The notes: generated by a model not told the origin, from the sequence alone. A stretch of DNA of 64,000 nucleotides from Marinobacter sp. (GCF_041687235.1 NZ_JAWLCH010000010.1:1900-65899), one strand, 5' to 3'; shown: positions 25,352-36,583, numbered from the stretch's first letter. Translations and numbers: made by a program.

Positions 25352-25927
25352 CTAGCGACTCTGACTGTGATACTCGGGATTAGGTTGCATATCGCTGGCA
25401 ATCGCCACGCGGTTGGACATGTTGTAGAAACCGATCAGGTTGCTGAGATCCCAAATGCCCCGGTCGCTGAGTCCGGCATCCCGCAGGGCCTGGATGTCCT
25501 CTTCGGTGACGGTGGCCGGCGAGCGGGTAAGGTGGGATGCAAAATCCAGCATGGCCCGCTGGCGCTTGTCGAGTTTGGCGCTACGGTAGTTCATCACCAT
25601 GTGCTCACCCAACTGGGGATCGCCGCTCAGTACACGTACGGCGGCGCCATGGGCCACCAGGCAGTAGAAGCATTTGTTCTCGGAGGAGACCACCACGGCC
25701 ACCATTTCCCGCTCCAGTTTGGAGAGTTCACCCTCGCCAAGCATGAGCTCGTTGTACAGGCGGGTGAAGCCTTCCAGTTGTTTGAGGTTCTGGCTGTAGG
25801 CGGTGAGTACGTTCGGGATCATGCCCAGCTTTTCCTGGCAGATCTGGAAGTACTTCTGGGTGTCTTCCGGCATGTCGCTGATCTCGGGAATTGGCAGATC
25901 CAGTGCGACCACATTTTTGTTGCTCAT
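25352..25927 (-). CDS. AhpD-like peroxidase-related (carboxymuconolactone decarboxylase family) protein
   Basis: LEREMVAVVVSSENKCFYCLVAHGA (CxxC...H), FYNMSNR. Confidence 0.88.
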   Translation of the reverse strand: MSNKNVVALDLPIPEISDMPEDTQKYFQICQEKLGMIPNVLTAYSQNLKQLEGFTRLYNELMLGEGELSKLEREMVAVVVSSENKCFYCLVAHGAAVRVLSGDPQLGEHMVMNYRSAKLDKRQRAMLDFASHLTRSPATVTEEDIQALRDAGLSDRGIWDLSNLIGFYNMSNRVAIASDMQPNPEYHSQSR

Positions 25928-25941
25928 GACTACTCCTGGTT

Positions 25942-26847
25942 TTAACAGTTACCGCCCATTGCCTGGCCGACTTTGGAACCGTTGTGGCGATTTAGTTGGC
26001 TGCATATCCAGTCGCCTGTGGCGACCAGTTTGTCGAGATCGACGCCGGTTTTGATGCCAAGGCCGTTAAGCAGGTATAGCACGTCTTCGGTGGCGACGTT
26101 GCCCGAGGCACCCTTGGCGTAGGGGCAGCCGCCGAGGCCGGCGACGGAGGCATCGATGACGCTCACGCCTTCTTCCAGCACCGCATACAGGTTGGCCAGT
26201 GCCTGGCCGTAGGTGTCGTGGAAGTGGGCGGCCAGTTTTTCCATGGGCACATGGGCGGCGACGGCTTCGAGCATGCGTTTGGCTTTGATCGGGGTGCCCA
26301 CGCCGATGGTGTCGCCCAGGGAGATTTCGTGGCAGCCCATGTCGTACAGGGCTTTGGCCACGTGAGCGACCTGTTCCGGGGCGATGTCGCCTTCGTACGG
26401 GCAGCCCATGACGGTGGAGACGTAGCCGCGCACGGGGATGCCGTGTTTGCGTGCTTCTTCCACCACCGGGGCGAAGCGTTCGAGGCTTTCGGCGATGGTG
26501 CAGTTGATGTTCTTTTTGGTGAAGGATTCGGAGGCCGCGCCGAACACGGCCACTTCGTCGGCCTTCGCTGCCAGAGCCCCTTCAAATCCTTTGAGATTCG
26601 GAGTGAGAGCGGAGTAGCGAACGCCAGCCTTGCGGTTGATGCCGGCCATCACTTCGGCGGCATCGCCCATCTGTGGCACCCATTTCGGGGACACGAAGCT
26701 GGCGGCTTCGATGTGGCTAAGGCCGCTGTCGGCCAGGCGGTCGATCAGCCCGGTTTTGATGGCGGTGGCGATCACCGGGCCGGGCTCATTCTGGAGTCCG
26801 TCCCGGGGGCTCATCTCAACCAGGCGAACCTGTTTGGGAAAGGCCAT
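25942..26847 (-). CDS. liuE: Hydroxymethylglutaryl-CoA lyase
   Basis: [38 protein letters not shown]. Confidence 0.95.
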   Translation of the reverse strand: MAFPKQVRLVEMSPRDGLQNEPGPVIATAIKTGLIDRLADSGLSHIEAASFVSPKWVPQMGDAAEVMAGINRKAGVRYSALTPNLKGFEGALAAKADEVAVFGAASESFTKKNINCTIAESLERFAPVVEEARKHGIPVRGYVSTVMGCPYEGDIAPEQVAHVAKALYDMGCHEISLGDTIGVGTPIKAKRMLEAVAAHVPMEKLAAHFHDTYGQALANLYAVLEEGVSVIDASVAGLGGCPYAKGASGNVATEDVLYLLNGLGIKTGVDLDKLVATGDWICSQLNRHNGSKVGQAMGGNC

Positions 26848-28850
26848 CAGCCTGCCTCCTCTTCCGCGTCTGCAGTGACTTCAATGGCAATCAGTTCGGC
26901 ACCTTCGGATACCTGGTCGCCTTCGGTGAAGAAGATCTCGGTGACCACGCCGTCGGCCGGGGCCTTGATGGCGTGCTCCATCTTCATGGCTTCCATGATC
27001 ACCAGGCTCTGGCCAGCGGTGACCTTGTCGCCGACTTTGGCCTGCACGGCCACGATGGCGCCGTTCATGGGCGCGGCCAGGCTGCCTTCACCGGCCATTT
27101 CCTCGAAGCCGTAGCTTTCCTTGTACACGGTGCAGTTGAAGGTGTCGCCCTCGTAGAACAGCACCAGCTGGTCGTTGTGCAGGTTGCCGTGGATGCTGAT
27201 GCGGTGGCCGTTGATGACGGCCTGCAGGTAATCGTCGTCCAGCCGGGCGGTGAGGTTGTAGACGCTGTCGCCCACGAACACCTGGTAGCGGTCGTCGCGC
27301 TCCAGCACCTTGAGGTCGTGAATCTCTTCACCGACCTGCAACTGCAGGGGCTGGGCGTATTCGGAGTTCATGCGCCAGCTGTTCTGGCGGCCAAACGGTG
27401 ACCAGGGGTCGGTGCTGACCACTTCCCGGGATTTGCGCTGCTCCAGAACAAAACCGGCGGCCAGTACCAGGGCCTTGTGGGTATCCAGCTTGGATTTCGG
27501 GAACAGCAGTTCCCGGTGATCCTCGATGAAACCGGTGGTCAGGTCTGCTTCCCGGAATGGCTGGGCGTCGGCCAGGGCGTGCAGGAACCGGATGTTGGTC
27601 TTCACGCCGGCAATTCGGTAGTGCTCCAGGGCCTGGACCATGCGGTTGATGGCCTGGTCCCGGGTTTCGTCCCACACGATCAGCTTGGCGATCATGGGGT
27701 CGTAGTGGATGCTGATGTCGTCGCCTTCAGTGACGCCGGTATCCACCCGTACATGGGCGCTTTCATCCGGGGTGCTCAGGTAGCGCAGGTTGCCTGTGGC
27801 CGGCAGAAAATCCTGGTCCGGGTCTTCGGCGTAGATGCGAGCTTCCAGGGCGTGGCCCCGGGTTTTCACCTGGGATTGGTCCAGGGGCAGGGCATCACCC
27901 CAGGCGACTTTCAGCTGCCACTCGACCAGATCCTGGCCGGTGACCATTTCGGTGACCGGGTGCTCGACCTGAAGGCGGGTGTTCATTTCCATGAAGAAGA
28001 AGGAACCGTCCACGTCGTACAGGAATTCAACGGTGCCGGCACCCACGTAGTTGATGGCCTGGGCGGCGCGCACGGCGGCCTCACCCATGGCCTTGCGGGT
28101 GTCTTCGCTCAGGCCGGGGGCCGGGGCTTCTTCCAGGACTTTCTGGTGGCGGCGCTGCACGGAGCAGTCACGCTCGGCCAGATACACGCCCTTGCCATCC
28201 TTGTCGCAGAAGACCTGAATCTCCACATGCCGTGGCTGGGTCAGGTAGCGTTCGATCAGCATGTCCGGGTTGCCGAAGGCGTTCTGGGCTTCCCGCTTGG
28301 CGGCCGCCAGGGCATCGTCGAACTCGCCCATGTTATTCACCACGCGCATGCCCTTGCCGCCGCCACCGGCGACGGCTTTGAGCAGCAGCGGGAAGCCGCA
28401 TTTCTCGGCTTCGGCCCGCAGGGTTTCAACGGACTGGTCGTCGCCATGGTAACCGGGCACCAGGGGTACACCGGCTTTTTCCATGATGGCCTTGGCCGCA
28501 GACTTGGAGCCCATGGCGGCAATGGCCGAGGAAGGCGGGCCAATGAAGACAATGTTGTTGGCTTCACAGGCTTCGGCGAAGGCCGTGTTTTCCGAAAGGA
28601 AACCATAGCCCGGGTGAACCGCCTGAGCGCCACTCTTTTTGGCAATTTCGATGATTTTTTCGGCCCTGAGGTAGCTCTCGGAGCTGGGGGCGGGACCAAT
28701 GTGGAAAGCTTCGTCGGCCATGGCAACGTGCCGGGCATTGGCGTCGGCTTCCGAGTATACGGCGACGCAACGGATGCCCATGCGGTGGGCGGTTTGTATG
28801 ATCCGGCACGCAATTTCGCCCCGGTTGGCAATCAGAATCTTGCTGAACAT
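26847..28850 (-). CDS. liuD: Methylcrotonyl-CoA carboxylase alpha (biotin) subunit
   Basis: [35 protein letters not shown] biotinyl site. Confidence 0.95.
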   Translation of the reverse strand: MFSKILIANRGEIACRIIQTAHRMGIRCVAVYSEADANARHVAMADEAFHIGPAPSSESYLRAEKIIEIAKKSGAQAVHPGYGFLSENTAFAEACEANNIVFIGPPSSAIAAMGSKSAAKAIMEKAGVPLVPGYHGDDQSVETLRAEAEKCGFPLLLKAVAGGGGKGMRVVNNMGEFDDALAAAKREAQNAFGNPDMLIERYLTQPRHVEIQVFCDKDGKGVYLAERDCSVQRRHQKVLEEAPAPGLSEDTRKAMGEAAVRAAQAINYVGAGTVEFLYDVDGSFFFMEMNTRLQVEHPVTEMVTGQDLVEWQLKVAWGDALPLDQSQVKTRGHALEARIYAEDPDQDFLPATGNLRYLSTPDESAHVRVDTGVTEGDDISIHYDPMIAKLIVWDETRDQAINRMVQALEHYRIAGVKTNIRFLHALADAQPFREADLTTGFIEDHRELLFPKSKLDTHKALVLAAGFVLEQRKSREVVSTDPWSPFGRQNSWRMNSEYAQPLQLQVGEEIHDLKVLERDDRYQVFVGDSVYNLTARLDDDYLQAVINGHRISIHGNLHNDQLVLFYEGDTFNCTVYKESYGFEEMAGEGSLAAPMNGAIVAVQAKVGDKVTAGQSLVIMEAMKMEHAIKAPADGVVTEIFFTEGDQVSEGAELIAIEVTADAEEEAG

Positions 28851-28855
28851 TGTTG

Positions 28856-29659
28856 TTATTCCTCCGGAACCCAGTTGGCCTTGCGTTTGTTCAGGAAGGC
28901 ATTGAGCCCTTCCTGTCCCTCTTCACCCACCCGGATATCCGCAATGCGGTGCGCGGTGTCTTCGATGACGTCCTTATCAATCGGCTTGTGGCTGACGGCA
29001 TAGACCAGGTCCTTGGCGGCCCTCATGGCTTCGGGGCCGTTTGAAGCCAGTTGCCTCACCATCTCGTTGCAACGGCTTTCCATGGCGTCGACATCCTCAC
29101 AGACGATGTGCACCAGGCCATAATCCTGTGCCTGCCGGGCCGTAAACACTTCGGCAGACAGGAAGTAGCGACGGGCTTGCCGTTCACCAATGGCGCGCAC
29201 CACGTAGGGGCTGATAACCGCAGGGATCAGGCCCAGCTTGACTTCGCTCAGGCAGAAGCTGGATTGTTCGGTGGCAATCACGATGTCGCAGCAGGCAGCC
29301 AGACCCACGGCTCCGCCATAGGCTGCGCCCTGTACCAGACCAATCACCGGTTTGCGCATGCCGTTGAGCACTTCCATCAGGCGTGCCAACTGGCGCGCGT
29401 CGTCCAGATTTTCCTTGTGGCCGTTATCGGCCATCCGGCGCATCCAGCCAAGGTCGGCTCCGGCGGAGAAGTGCTTGCCTTCGGAGCGCAGGATCACCAC
29501 CTTGGTTTTGGTGTTGGAGCTCACTTCGGTGAGGGTGTTGATCAGTTGTTGAATGATCACGTCGTCGAAGGCATTGCGCTTGTCCGGGCGGTTCAGGACC
29601 ACCTCGGCAATGCCTTCGGCACGGTGTTTGAGCAGAACTGCGGATTCGGTGTCTGTCAT
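28856..29659 (-). CDS. liuC: Methylglutaconyl-CoA hydratase (enoyl-CoA hydratase family)
   Basis: NRPDKRNAF, FSAGADL, YGGAVGL, SEVKLGLIPA; operon position. Confidence 0.92.
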   Translation of the reverse strand: MTDTESAVLLKHRAEGIAEVVLNRPDKRNAFDDVIIQQLINTLTEVSSNTKTKVVILRSEGKHFSAGADLGWMRRMADNGHKENLDDARQLARLMEVLNGMRKPVIGLVQGAAYGGAVGLAACCDIVIATEQSSFCLSEVKLGLIPAVISPYVVRAIGERQARRYFLSAEVFTARQAQDYGLVHIVCEDVDAMESRCNEMVRQLASNGPEAMRAAKDLVYAVSHKPIDKDVIEDTAHRIADIRVGEEGQEGLNAFLNKRKANWVPEE

Positions 29660-29673
29660 GTCAGTCTCCCCGA

Positions 29674-31281
29674 TTACATCCGGAACACGCCGAAGCGTGT
29701 CGGTTTGGCCGGGCGGTTAAGGGTGGCAGACAGGCTAAGGGCAACCACTTCGCGGGTCTGGGCCGGGTCGATGACGCCGTCGTCCCAGAGGCGGGCACTG
29801 GCGTAGTATGGGTGGCCCTGGTGCTCGTAGGTGTCGATGATCGGTTTCTTGAATTCAGCCTCTGCCTCGGCGCTCCATTCCTGGCCCTTGCGCTCCATGC
29901 CTTCCCGCTTGACCGTTGCCATGACGCCGGCAGCCTGCTCGCCGCCCATCACGGAGATGCGGGCGTTCGGCCACATCCACAGGAAGTCCGGGCTGTAGGC
30001 CCGACCGCACATGCCATAGTTGCCCGCGCCGAAAGACCCACCGATGAGTACGGTGATCTTGGGTACGTTGGCGCAGGCTACAGCCATCACCATCTTGGCG
30101 CCGTGTTTGGCGATGCCTTCGGATTCGTATTTCTGGCCGACCATGAAGCCGGTGATGTTCTGCAGGAACAGCAGCGGAATATTGCGCTGGCAGCAGAGTT
30201 CAACAAAGTGTGCGCCTTTCTGGGCAGACTCGCCGAACAGGATGCCGTTGTTGGCAATAATGCCCACGGGGTAGCCGTGGATATGGGCGAAACCGGTGAC
30301 CAGGGTCTGGCCGTAGTAGCGTTTGAATTCATCAAATTCGGAGCCGTCGACGATGCGGGCGATCACGTCGCGTACGTCGAACTGCTTGCGCAGGTCGGTG
30401 CCGACGATGCCGTAGATTTCTTCGGCGTCGTACAGGGGGGCCTTGGGCTTGCGGATTTCCACATCCGTTGGTTTGCGCCGGTTCAGGTTAGAGACACTGC
30501 GCCGGGCGATTTCCAGGGCGTGGGCGTCGTTCTCGGCGTAATGGTCGGCCACACCGGAGATTTTGCAGTGTACGTCGGCACCGCCCAGATCTTCGGCGCT
30601 GACTACCTCGCCGGTGGCGGCTTTGACCAGTGGCGGTCCGGCCAGGAAGATGGTGCCCTGGTTGCGGACGATGATGGATTCGTCGGCCATGGCGGGTACG
30701 TAGGCGCCACCGGCGGTGCACAGGCCCATAACGACGGCGATCTGGGGGATGTCGTCGGCAGACATTCTGGCCTGGTTGTAGAAGATGCGGCCGAAGTGGT
30801 CGCGATCCGGGAAGACTTCGTCCTGTCTTGGCAGGTTGGCGCCGCCGGAATCTACGAGGTAGATGCAGGGCAGGCGGTTGTGCAGGGCGATTTCCTGGGC
30901 GCGCAGGTGTTTTTTCACCGTCAGCGGGTAGTAGCTGCCGCCTTTCACGGTGGCGTCGTTGGCGATGATCATGCATTCGGTGCCGGAGACGCGACCCACT
31001 CCGGCAATCACGCCTGCCGCGGGGACTTCTTCGTCGTAGACGTTATAGGCAGCGAACTGGCCGATTTCCAGGAAGGGGGAGCCGTCGTCCAGGAGGCGGT
31101 TGATGCGCTCCCGTGGCAGGAGTTTGCCGCGGGCGATGTGGCGTTCCTGGTAGGACGGGCCGCCGCCTTGCTGGATGGTGGAAACTTTGTCGCGCAGGTC
31201 GGCTACGGCCTGGGCCATGGATTCCTGATTGGCCTGGAACTCTTCGGACCTGGGGTTAATCTTGCTTTGAAGTATTGTCAT
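29674..31281 (-). CDS. liuB: Methylcrotonyl-CoA carboxylase beta (carboxyltransferase) subunit
   Basis: [35 protein letters not shown]; start at ATG 31281 ([10 protein letters not shown]). Confidence 0.95.
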   Translation of the reverse strand: MTILQSKINPRSEEFQANQESMAQAVADLRDKVSTIQQGGGPSYQERHIARGKLLPRERINRLLDDGSPFLEIGQFAAYNVYDEEVPAAGVIAGVGRVSGTECMIIANDATVKGGSYYPLTVKKHLRAQEIALHNRLPCIYLVDSGGANLPRQDEVFPDRDHFGRIFYNQARMSADDIPQIAVVMGLCTAGGAYVPAMADESIIVRNQGTIFLAGPPLVKAATGEVVSAEDLGGADVHCKISGVADHYAENDAHALEIARRSVSNLNRRKPTDVEIRKPKAPLYDAEEIYGIVGTDLRKQFDVRDVIARIVDGSEFDEFKRYYGQTLVTGFAHIHGYPVGIIANNGILFGESAQKGAHFVELCCQRNIPLLFLQNITGFMVGQKYESEGIAKHGAKMVMAVACANVPKITVLIGGSFGAGNYGMCGRAYSPDFLWMWPNARISVMGGEQAAGVMATVKREGMERKGQEWSAEAEAEFKKPIIDTYEHQGHPYYASARLWDDGVIDPAQTREVVALSLSATLNRPAKPTRFGVFRM

Positions 31282-31309
31282 TTTTTCGGGCCTCGAGGTT
31301 CGGGGCGGC

Positions 31310-31417
31310 GGGACTGGCAGGGTGTCTTTCCGGGAACCGCTACTAGCACATCCCTGTGCGCTTGGCGTCGGCCATCCATGGCCGCCGACATTCCCGGAAA
31401 GACACCCTGCCAGTCCC
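31310..31417. repeat. Intergenic hairpin element with perfect 27-bp terminal inverted repeats
   Basis: GGGACTGGCAGGGTGTCTTTCCGGGAA 31310-31336 and its exact reverse complement 31391-31417; internal ACATCCCTGT and GGCCATCCATGGCC mini-palindromes. Confidence 0.85.
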
Positions 31418-31488
31418 TCGTCGTACTTTGGGTGCAAGCCGTCCCCGGATTTTCCGGCTGCGGACGGCTTCTGGCTTCAAGCTGCGTT

Positions 31489-32658
31489 TTATTTGTTCAG
31501 GTACAGCTCGCGACCGATCAGCATCCGACGAATCTCGGACGTTCCGGCACCGATCTCATACAGCTTGGCGTCGCGCAGCAGGCGACCTGTCGGGTACTCG
31601 TTGATGTAACCGTTACCGCCGAGCAGCTGGATGGCGTCCAGGGCGATTTTGGTGGCCATTTCGGCGGAGTAGAGGATCGCGCCGGCGGCGTCTTTACGGG
31701 TGGTTTCCGCGCCGCGGTCGGCGGACATGGCAACCATGTAGACGTAGGACTTGGCGGTGTTCATCCAGGTGTACATGTCGGCGACTTTGCCCTGTACCAG
31801 TTCGAATTCACCGATGGCCTGGCCGAACTGTTTGCGCTCGCGGATGTAGGGAACCACCACGTCCATGGCGGCCTGCATGATGCCCAGCGGGCCGCCGGAG
31901 AGGACGAGGCGTTCGTAGTCGAGGCCGCTCATCAGGACTTTGGCGCCGTTGCCAACACCGCCCAGGACGTTTTCCTTGGGTACTTTGCAGTCTTCGAACA
32001 CCAGCTCGCAGGTGTTGGAGCCGCGCATGCCGAGTTTGTCGAGTTTCTGGTGACGGCTGAAGCCCGGAGCGTCGCGCTCAACGATGAAGGCTGTAACGCC
32101 TTTGGAGCCGGCCTGGGTGTCGGTTTTGGCGTAGATGACGTAAGTGTTTGCATCCGGGCCGTTGGTGATCCACATTTTGTTGCCGTTGAGGATGTAGTGA
32201 TCACCGGCGTCTTTGGCGCTGAGTTTCATGGAGATGACGTCAGAGCCGGCGTTGGGCTCGGACATGGCCAGGGCGCCGATGTGTTCGCCGCTGACGAGCT
32301 TCGGCAGGTATTTCTGTTTCTGTTCTTCGGTGCCGTTGCGGTGAATCTGGTTTACACACAGGTTGGAGTGGGCTCCGTAGGAGAGGCCAACGGAGGCGGA
32401 CGCACGGCTGATTTCTTCCATGGCGATCACATGCGCCAGGTAGCCCATGTCGGAGCCGCCGTATTCTTCGCTCACAGTGATACCCAGCAGGCCCATGTCG
32501 CCCATTTTCCGCCACAGGTCCATGGGAAACTCGTTGTTGCGGTCGATTTCCTCGGCGCGGGGTGCGATTTCGGAAGCGGCGAAGCCGTTGACCTGCTCAC
32601 GGAGCATGTCGAGGGTTTCACCAAGACCGAAGTTGAGCTCTGAGTACTGTGATTTCAT
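31489..32658 (-). CDS. liuA: Isovaleryl-CoA dehydrogenase
   Basis: [48 protein letters not shown]. Confidence 0.96.
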   Translation of the reverse strand: MKSQYSELNFGLGETLDMLREQVNGFAASEIAPRAEEIDRNNEFPMDLWRKMGDMGLLGITVSEEYGGSDMGYLAHVIAMEEISRASASVGLSYGAHSNLCVNQIHRNGTEEQKQKYLPKLVSGEHIGALAMSEPNAGSDVISMKLSAKDAGDHYILNGNKMWITNGPDANTYVIYAKTDTQAGSKGVTAFIVERDAPGFSRHQKLDKLGMRGSNTCELVFEDCKVPKENVLGGVGNGAKVLMSGLDYERLVLSGGPLGIMQAAMDVVVPYIRERKQFGQAIGEFELVQGKVADMYTWMNTAKSYVYMVAMSADRGAETTRKDAAGAILYSAEMATKIALDAIQLLGGNGYINEYPTGRLLRDAKLYEIGAGTSEIRRMLIGRELYLNK

Positions 32659-32681
32659 TGTTGGCTACCTTTGATTTTCTG

Positions 32682-33128
32682 TCATTTGTGTTCAGCGGTC
32701 TGCCTGGCTTCGTCGTTGGCCGGGGCCTGCTGTTTCTTTTTTTTCTGCAGCTCGGCGAGGGCTTCCCGGCACCGGGCTTCGGCTGTATCCATTTCCATTT
32801 CTGCCTGGGCAATGTCGTTTTTCTGTTGTTCCAGCTGTGCCCGTTTGTTGTCCAGAATGGTCAGCATCTTGAGCAGCTGTTTTTCGTTGCCACTTAGGGT
32901 CTCGTCCCAAAGGTCAAACAGCTCTTTGGTTTCCGCCAGAGAGAAGCCCATGCGTTTGCCTCGCAGTATGAGCTTCAGACGCACGCGATCCTTTGAGCTG
33001 AAGATCCGCGTCTGCCCGCGCCGCGTGGGCTTGAGCAGCTCCTGATCTTCGTAGAAACGAATGCTCCGGGTTGTTACGTCGAACTCTTTGGCGAGCTCAC
33101 TGATGCTGTATGTCTTTTTAATGTCCAT
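32682..33128 (-). CDS. liuR: MerR-family regulator LiuR
   Basis: YSISELAKEFDVTTRSIRFYEDQ...RLKLILRGKRMGFSL; heads the liu operon. Confidence 0.93.
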   Translation of the reverse strand: MDIKKTYSISELAKEFDVTTRSIRFYEDQELLKPTRRGQTRIFSSKDRVRLKLILRGKRMGFSLAETKELFDLWDETLSGNEKQLLKMLTILDNKRAQLEQQKNDIAQAEMEMDTAEARCREALAELQKKKKQQAPANDEARQTAEHK

Positions 33129-33161
33129 TGGGATTTCCTTTTTAGACTTAGGTTAGATAAA

Positions 33162-33179
33162 GTTTACGTAAACGTAAAG
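33162..33179. promoter_or_regulatory. LiuR-binding palindrome
   Basis: GTTTACGTAAACGTAAAG fits the established LiuR consensus TTTACGTwwACGTAAA; lies between divergent liuR and SDR genes. Confidence 0.88.
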
Positions 33180-33232
33180 TAGTTTTAGGGTCCGATTTTT
33201 AACAAACAGAATCCTGAAAAGGGGAGTGAACG

Positions 33233-33994
33233 ATGGAATTCAAAAATGTGGCAGCCATTGTAACAGGCGGTGCCTCCGGGCTGGGCGAGGGTGCCGCGCG
33301 CGCACTGGCAGCTTCCGGCTGCAAGGTCGCTATTCTTGATCTTCAACAGGAGCAGGGTGAGAAAGTGGCCGCGGAGATTGGCGGTATCTTCCTGAAATGC
33401 GATGTCAGTTCCCCGGACAGCGCCGAAGCCGCCATCAACGCCGCCCGTGAAGCGCATGGTCCCTGCGGTATCGCGGTGAACTGTGCCGGTATTGCCACCG
33501 CCTCGAAGATTCTGGGCCGCGAGGGCGTGATGCCTCTGGAGAACTTCAGCAAGGTTATTCAGGTCAACCTTATTGGTACCTTTAATATTCTGCGCCTGGC
33601 GGCAGCAGACATGGCCCAGCGGGAACCCAACGCAGACGGTGAGAGGGGTGTGATCATCAATACCGCTTCGGTGGCCGCCTACGAGGGCCAGATTGGCCAG
33701 GCCGCCTACAGTGCCTCCAAGGGCGGCGTGGTATCGCTAACCCTGCAGTCGGCCCGTGAGCTGGCTCGCGAGGGCATCCGTGTAAATACGATTGCACCGG
33801 GCCTGTTCATGACGCCCATGATGGCGGGTATGCCCGAGGAAGTTCAGGAAAGCCTGGCAGCCACCCTGCCGTTCCCGAAGCGTCTCGGCAAACCGGAAGA
33901 GTTTGGCATGATGGTGGACCAGATGGTGCGCAACCCGATTCTCAATGGCGAAGTGATTCGTCTGGACTGCGCGCTTCGCATGGCGCCCAAGTGA
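33233..33994 (+). CDS. SDR family 3-hydroxyacyl-CoA dehydrogenase type II-like
   Basis: TGGASGLG, NCAGI, YSASKGG. Confidence 0.92.
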   Translation: MEFKNVAAIVTGGASGLGEGAARALAASGCKVAILDLQQEQGEKVAAEIGGIFLKCDVSSPDSAEAAINAAREAHGPCGIAVNCAGIATASKILGREGVMPLENFSKVIQVNLIGTFNILRLAAADMAQREPNADGERGVIINTASVAAYEGQIGQAAYSASKGGVVSLTLQSARELAREGIRVNTIAPGLFMTPMMAGMPEEVQESLAATLPFPKRLGKPEEFGMMVDQMVRNPILNGEVIRLDCALRMAPK

Positions 33995-34018
33995 AGCATT
34001 CAATTGCAGGAGACATAC

Positions 34019-35170
34019 ATGACCGTGTCTGTTGATAAAGAAGAACTGGCGATGTTCCGGGATTCCGTGATCAAGGTCCTGGAAAAGGAAGTCACGCCGC
34101 ACTACGAAGCCTGGGAAAAATCCGGGCTGGTGCCCCGCGAGCTCTGGAACACCCTGGGCGACGCCGGGATGTTGTGTGTGGATGTGCCTGAAGAATGGGG
34201 CGGGATCGGTGCGCCTTTCCAGTTCTCGGTGGTGGTGGGTGAAGAACTCGCCCGAATGGGATTCGGCGCGCTGTCCACCAACGTGATGGTGCACTCGGAC
34301 ATTGTGGCGCCTTACCTGAGCCACATGGGCAACGAAGAGCAACGGCAACAGTGGCTGCCCAGGCTGGTCTCCGGTGAAGCCGTCGGCGCCATCGCCATGA
34401 CCGAACCCGGCGCCGGCAGTGACCTGCAGGCGATCCGCACCAGCGCGGTGAAAGATGGTGATGAGTACATCCTTAATGGTTCCAAGACGTTCATCACCAA
34501 CGGCCAGCACGCCGACATGGTCATCGTCGCTGCAAAAACCGACCCGAAAGCCGGCGCACGCGGCATCAGCCTGTTCCTGGTGGACACCTCATTGCCGGGC
34601 TACAGCAAAGGCCGGAACCTCGACAAGATTGGCCAGCACTCCGGTGATACCTCCGAACTGTTCTTCTCCGACATGCGTATCCCGGCGTCCGCACTCCTCG
34701 GCGAAGAAGGGCAGGGCTTTGTGTACCTGATGAAGGAACTGCCCCGGGAGCGACTGGTGATCGGTGCACTGGGCGTGGCGGCGGCCCGTGGCTCCCTGGA
34801 CCTGACCATCGCCTACGCCCAGGAACGGGAACTGTTCGGCCAGAAGCTGGCCCAACTGCAGAACACCCGTTTTGAAATCGCGCGCATGGAAACTGACTAC
34901 CGGGTAAACAAGGCATTCGTGGACCAGTGCATCGACCAGTACGACCTGGGTGAACTGGATGCACCGACCGCCTCCATGGCCAAGTACAGCGCCACCGAAA
35001 TGCAGTGCCGGGTGGCCGATGGCTGCCTGCAGCTGTTTGGCGGTTACGGTTACACCACCGAATACCCGATTTCCCGGGCCTTTATTGACGCGCGGGTGCA
35101 GCGAATCTATGGCGGCACCTCGGAAGTCATGAAAGAAATCATTGCCCGTTCCGTGCTAGGCAAAGCCTGA
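34019..35170 (+). CDS. Acyl-CoA dehydrogenase
   Basis: AMTEPGAGSDL, KTFITNG, GGYGY, RIYGGTSE; ATG 34019. Confidence 0.93.
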   Translation: MTVSVDKEELAMFRDSVIKVLEKEVTPHYEAWEKSGLVPRELWNTLGDAGMLCVDVPEEWGGIGAPFQFSVVVGEELARMGFGALSTNVMVHSDIVAPYLSHMGNEEQRQQWLPRLVSGEAVGAIAMTEPGAGSDLQAIRTSAVKDGDEYILNGSKTFITNGQHADMVIVAAKTDPKAGARGISLFLVDTSLPGYSKGRNLDKIGQHSGDTSELFFSDMRIPASALLGEEGQGFVYLMKELPRERLVIGALGVAAARGSLDLTIAYAQERELFGQKLAQLQNTRFEIARMETDYRVNKAFVDQCIDQYDLGELDAPTASMAKYSATEMQCRVADGCLQLFGGYGYTTEYPISRAFIDARVQRIYGGTSEVMKEIIARSVLGKA

Positions 35171-35186
35171 TTAAGTGAGGAAAACC

Positions 35187-36368
35187 ATGAGCAACAACGA
35201 CGTAGTCATCGCAGGATCAGCGCGTACTCCCATGGGCGGCATGATGGGCTCCCTCAGCTCCGTGCGCTCCCCGGAGCTGGGCGCCATCTCCATCAAGGCC
35301 GCCATTGAACGCTCTGGCCTTCAGCCGGCGGATATCCAGGAAGTGATCATGGGCTGCGTGTTGCCCGCCGGCCTGGGCCAGGCCCCGGCTCGCCAGGCCT
35401 CCCGTGCCTCCGGCATTCCCGACAGCTCCGGTTGCACCACCATCAACAAGATGTGCGGCTCCGGCATGCAGGCTGTGATCATGGCCCATGACCAGATCAA
35501 GGCAGGCACCAACAACTTCATGATTGCTGGCGGCATGGAAAACATGAGCCAGGCGCCGTACCTGCTGCCCAAGGCCCGCGCCGGCATGCGCATGGGCCAC
35601 GGCCAGGTAATGGACAGTATGTTCCTGGACGGCCTGGAAGACGCCTACGAAGGCGGCCTTATGGGTGTCTTCGCCCAGCGTACCGCTGATAAATACGACA
35701 TCAGCCGTCAGGCCATGGACGAATTCGCCATCGGCTCCCTGCAGAAATCCCTGGCCGCCATCGAAAACGGCTGGTTCCGTGACGAGATTGTTCCGGTCAC
35801 CGTATCCGGCCGTGGTGGCGACACCGAAGTCGACACCGACGAACAGCCGGGCAACGCCAAGCCGGAAAAAATCCCACACCTGAAACCGGCCTTCGCCAAA
35901 GATGGTTCTGTGACCGCGGCCAACTCCAGCTCCATCAGCGACGGCGCCTCTGCCCTGGTGCTGGCCTCCGCCGCCGAAGCTGACGCTCGCGGCCTGACAC
36001 CCCAGGCCCGCATCGTGGCCCATGCCACCCACGCCCGCCTGCCGGCCGAGTTCACCCTGGCGCCCATCGGCTCCATCGAGAAGGTGCTCAAGAAAGCCGG
36101 CTGGACCGTGGACGACGTGGATCTCTTCGAGATCAACGAAGCCTTTGCCGTGGTCACCCTGGCGGCCATGAACGAGCTGAAGCTCCCCGCTGAAAAGGTC
36201 AACGTCCACGGCGGCGCCTGTGCTCTGGGGCATCCGATCGGCTCTTCAGGTTCGCGGATCATCATCACCCTGATCAATGCCCTCAAGCAGCGTGGTTTAA
36301 AGCGTGGTGTGGCTTCGCTGTGTATTGGTGGTGGCGAGGGGACTGCGGTTGCTATTGAGTTGATCTGA
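35187..36368 (+). CDS. Acetyl-CoA C-acyltransferase (thiolase)
   Basis: NKMCGSG, NEAFA, GHPIGSSG, LCIGGGEG. Confidence 0.95.
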   Translation: MSNNDVVIAGSARTPMGGMMGSLSSVRSPELGAISIKAAIERSGLQPADIQEVIMGCVLPAGLGQAPARQASRASGIPDSSGCTTINKMCGSGMQAVIMAHDQIKAGTNNFMIAGGMENMSQAPYLLPKARAGMRMGHGQVMDSMFLDGLEDAYEGGLMGVFAQRTADKYDISRQAMDEFAIGSLQKSLAAIENGWFRDEIVPVTVSGRGGDTEVDTDEQPGNAKPEKIPHLKPAFAKDGSVTAANSSSISDGASALVLASAAEADARGLTPQARIVAHATHARLPAEFTLAPIGSIEKVLKKAGWTVDDVDLFEINEAFAVVTLAAMNELKLPAEKVNVHGGACALGHPIGSSGSRIIITLINALKQRGLKRGVASLCIGGGEGTAVAIELI

Positions 36369-36395
36369 TTTGGTGCAATGGTTCCCTGTAACCTT

Positions 36396-36481
36396 GTAGG
36401 TTGGATTAGCCGCAGGCGTAATCCAACAGCTTTTGTCGGATTACGCTTCGCTAATCCGACCTACGGGCTAATCCGACCTAC
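36396..36481. repeat. GTAG-type REP doublet (BIME-like) with partial third copy
   Basis: GTAGGTTGGATTAGCCGCAGGCGTAATCCAAC followed by inverted GTCGGATTACGCTTCGCTAATCCGACCTAC and a further GCTAATCCGACCTAC. Confidence 0.9.
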
Positions 36482-36583
36482 CGCTTCCCAGAAAGCCTGA
36501 CTTGATATCAGTCATGCGGCCAAGCCCATGATTTGCTAGCCTTCAATGCATTGAACTTCCCCGGCATTGGAGAAAGAACCCCC

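Noticed and set aside
31282-31437. 52-aa N-terminal extension of liuB and ORFs 31322-31609 / 31356-31604
   Set aside because: They are read from the intergenic hairpin element; homology starts at [10 protein letters not shown]
29812-32643. 943-aa plus-strand ORF, and similar long ORFs at 12915-13970, 23728-25287, 27477-29003, 35217-36233 and 40702-41640
   Set aside because: Antisense shadows of clearly identified high-GC genes; no motifs of their own
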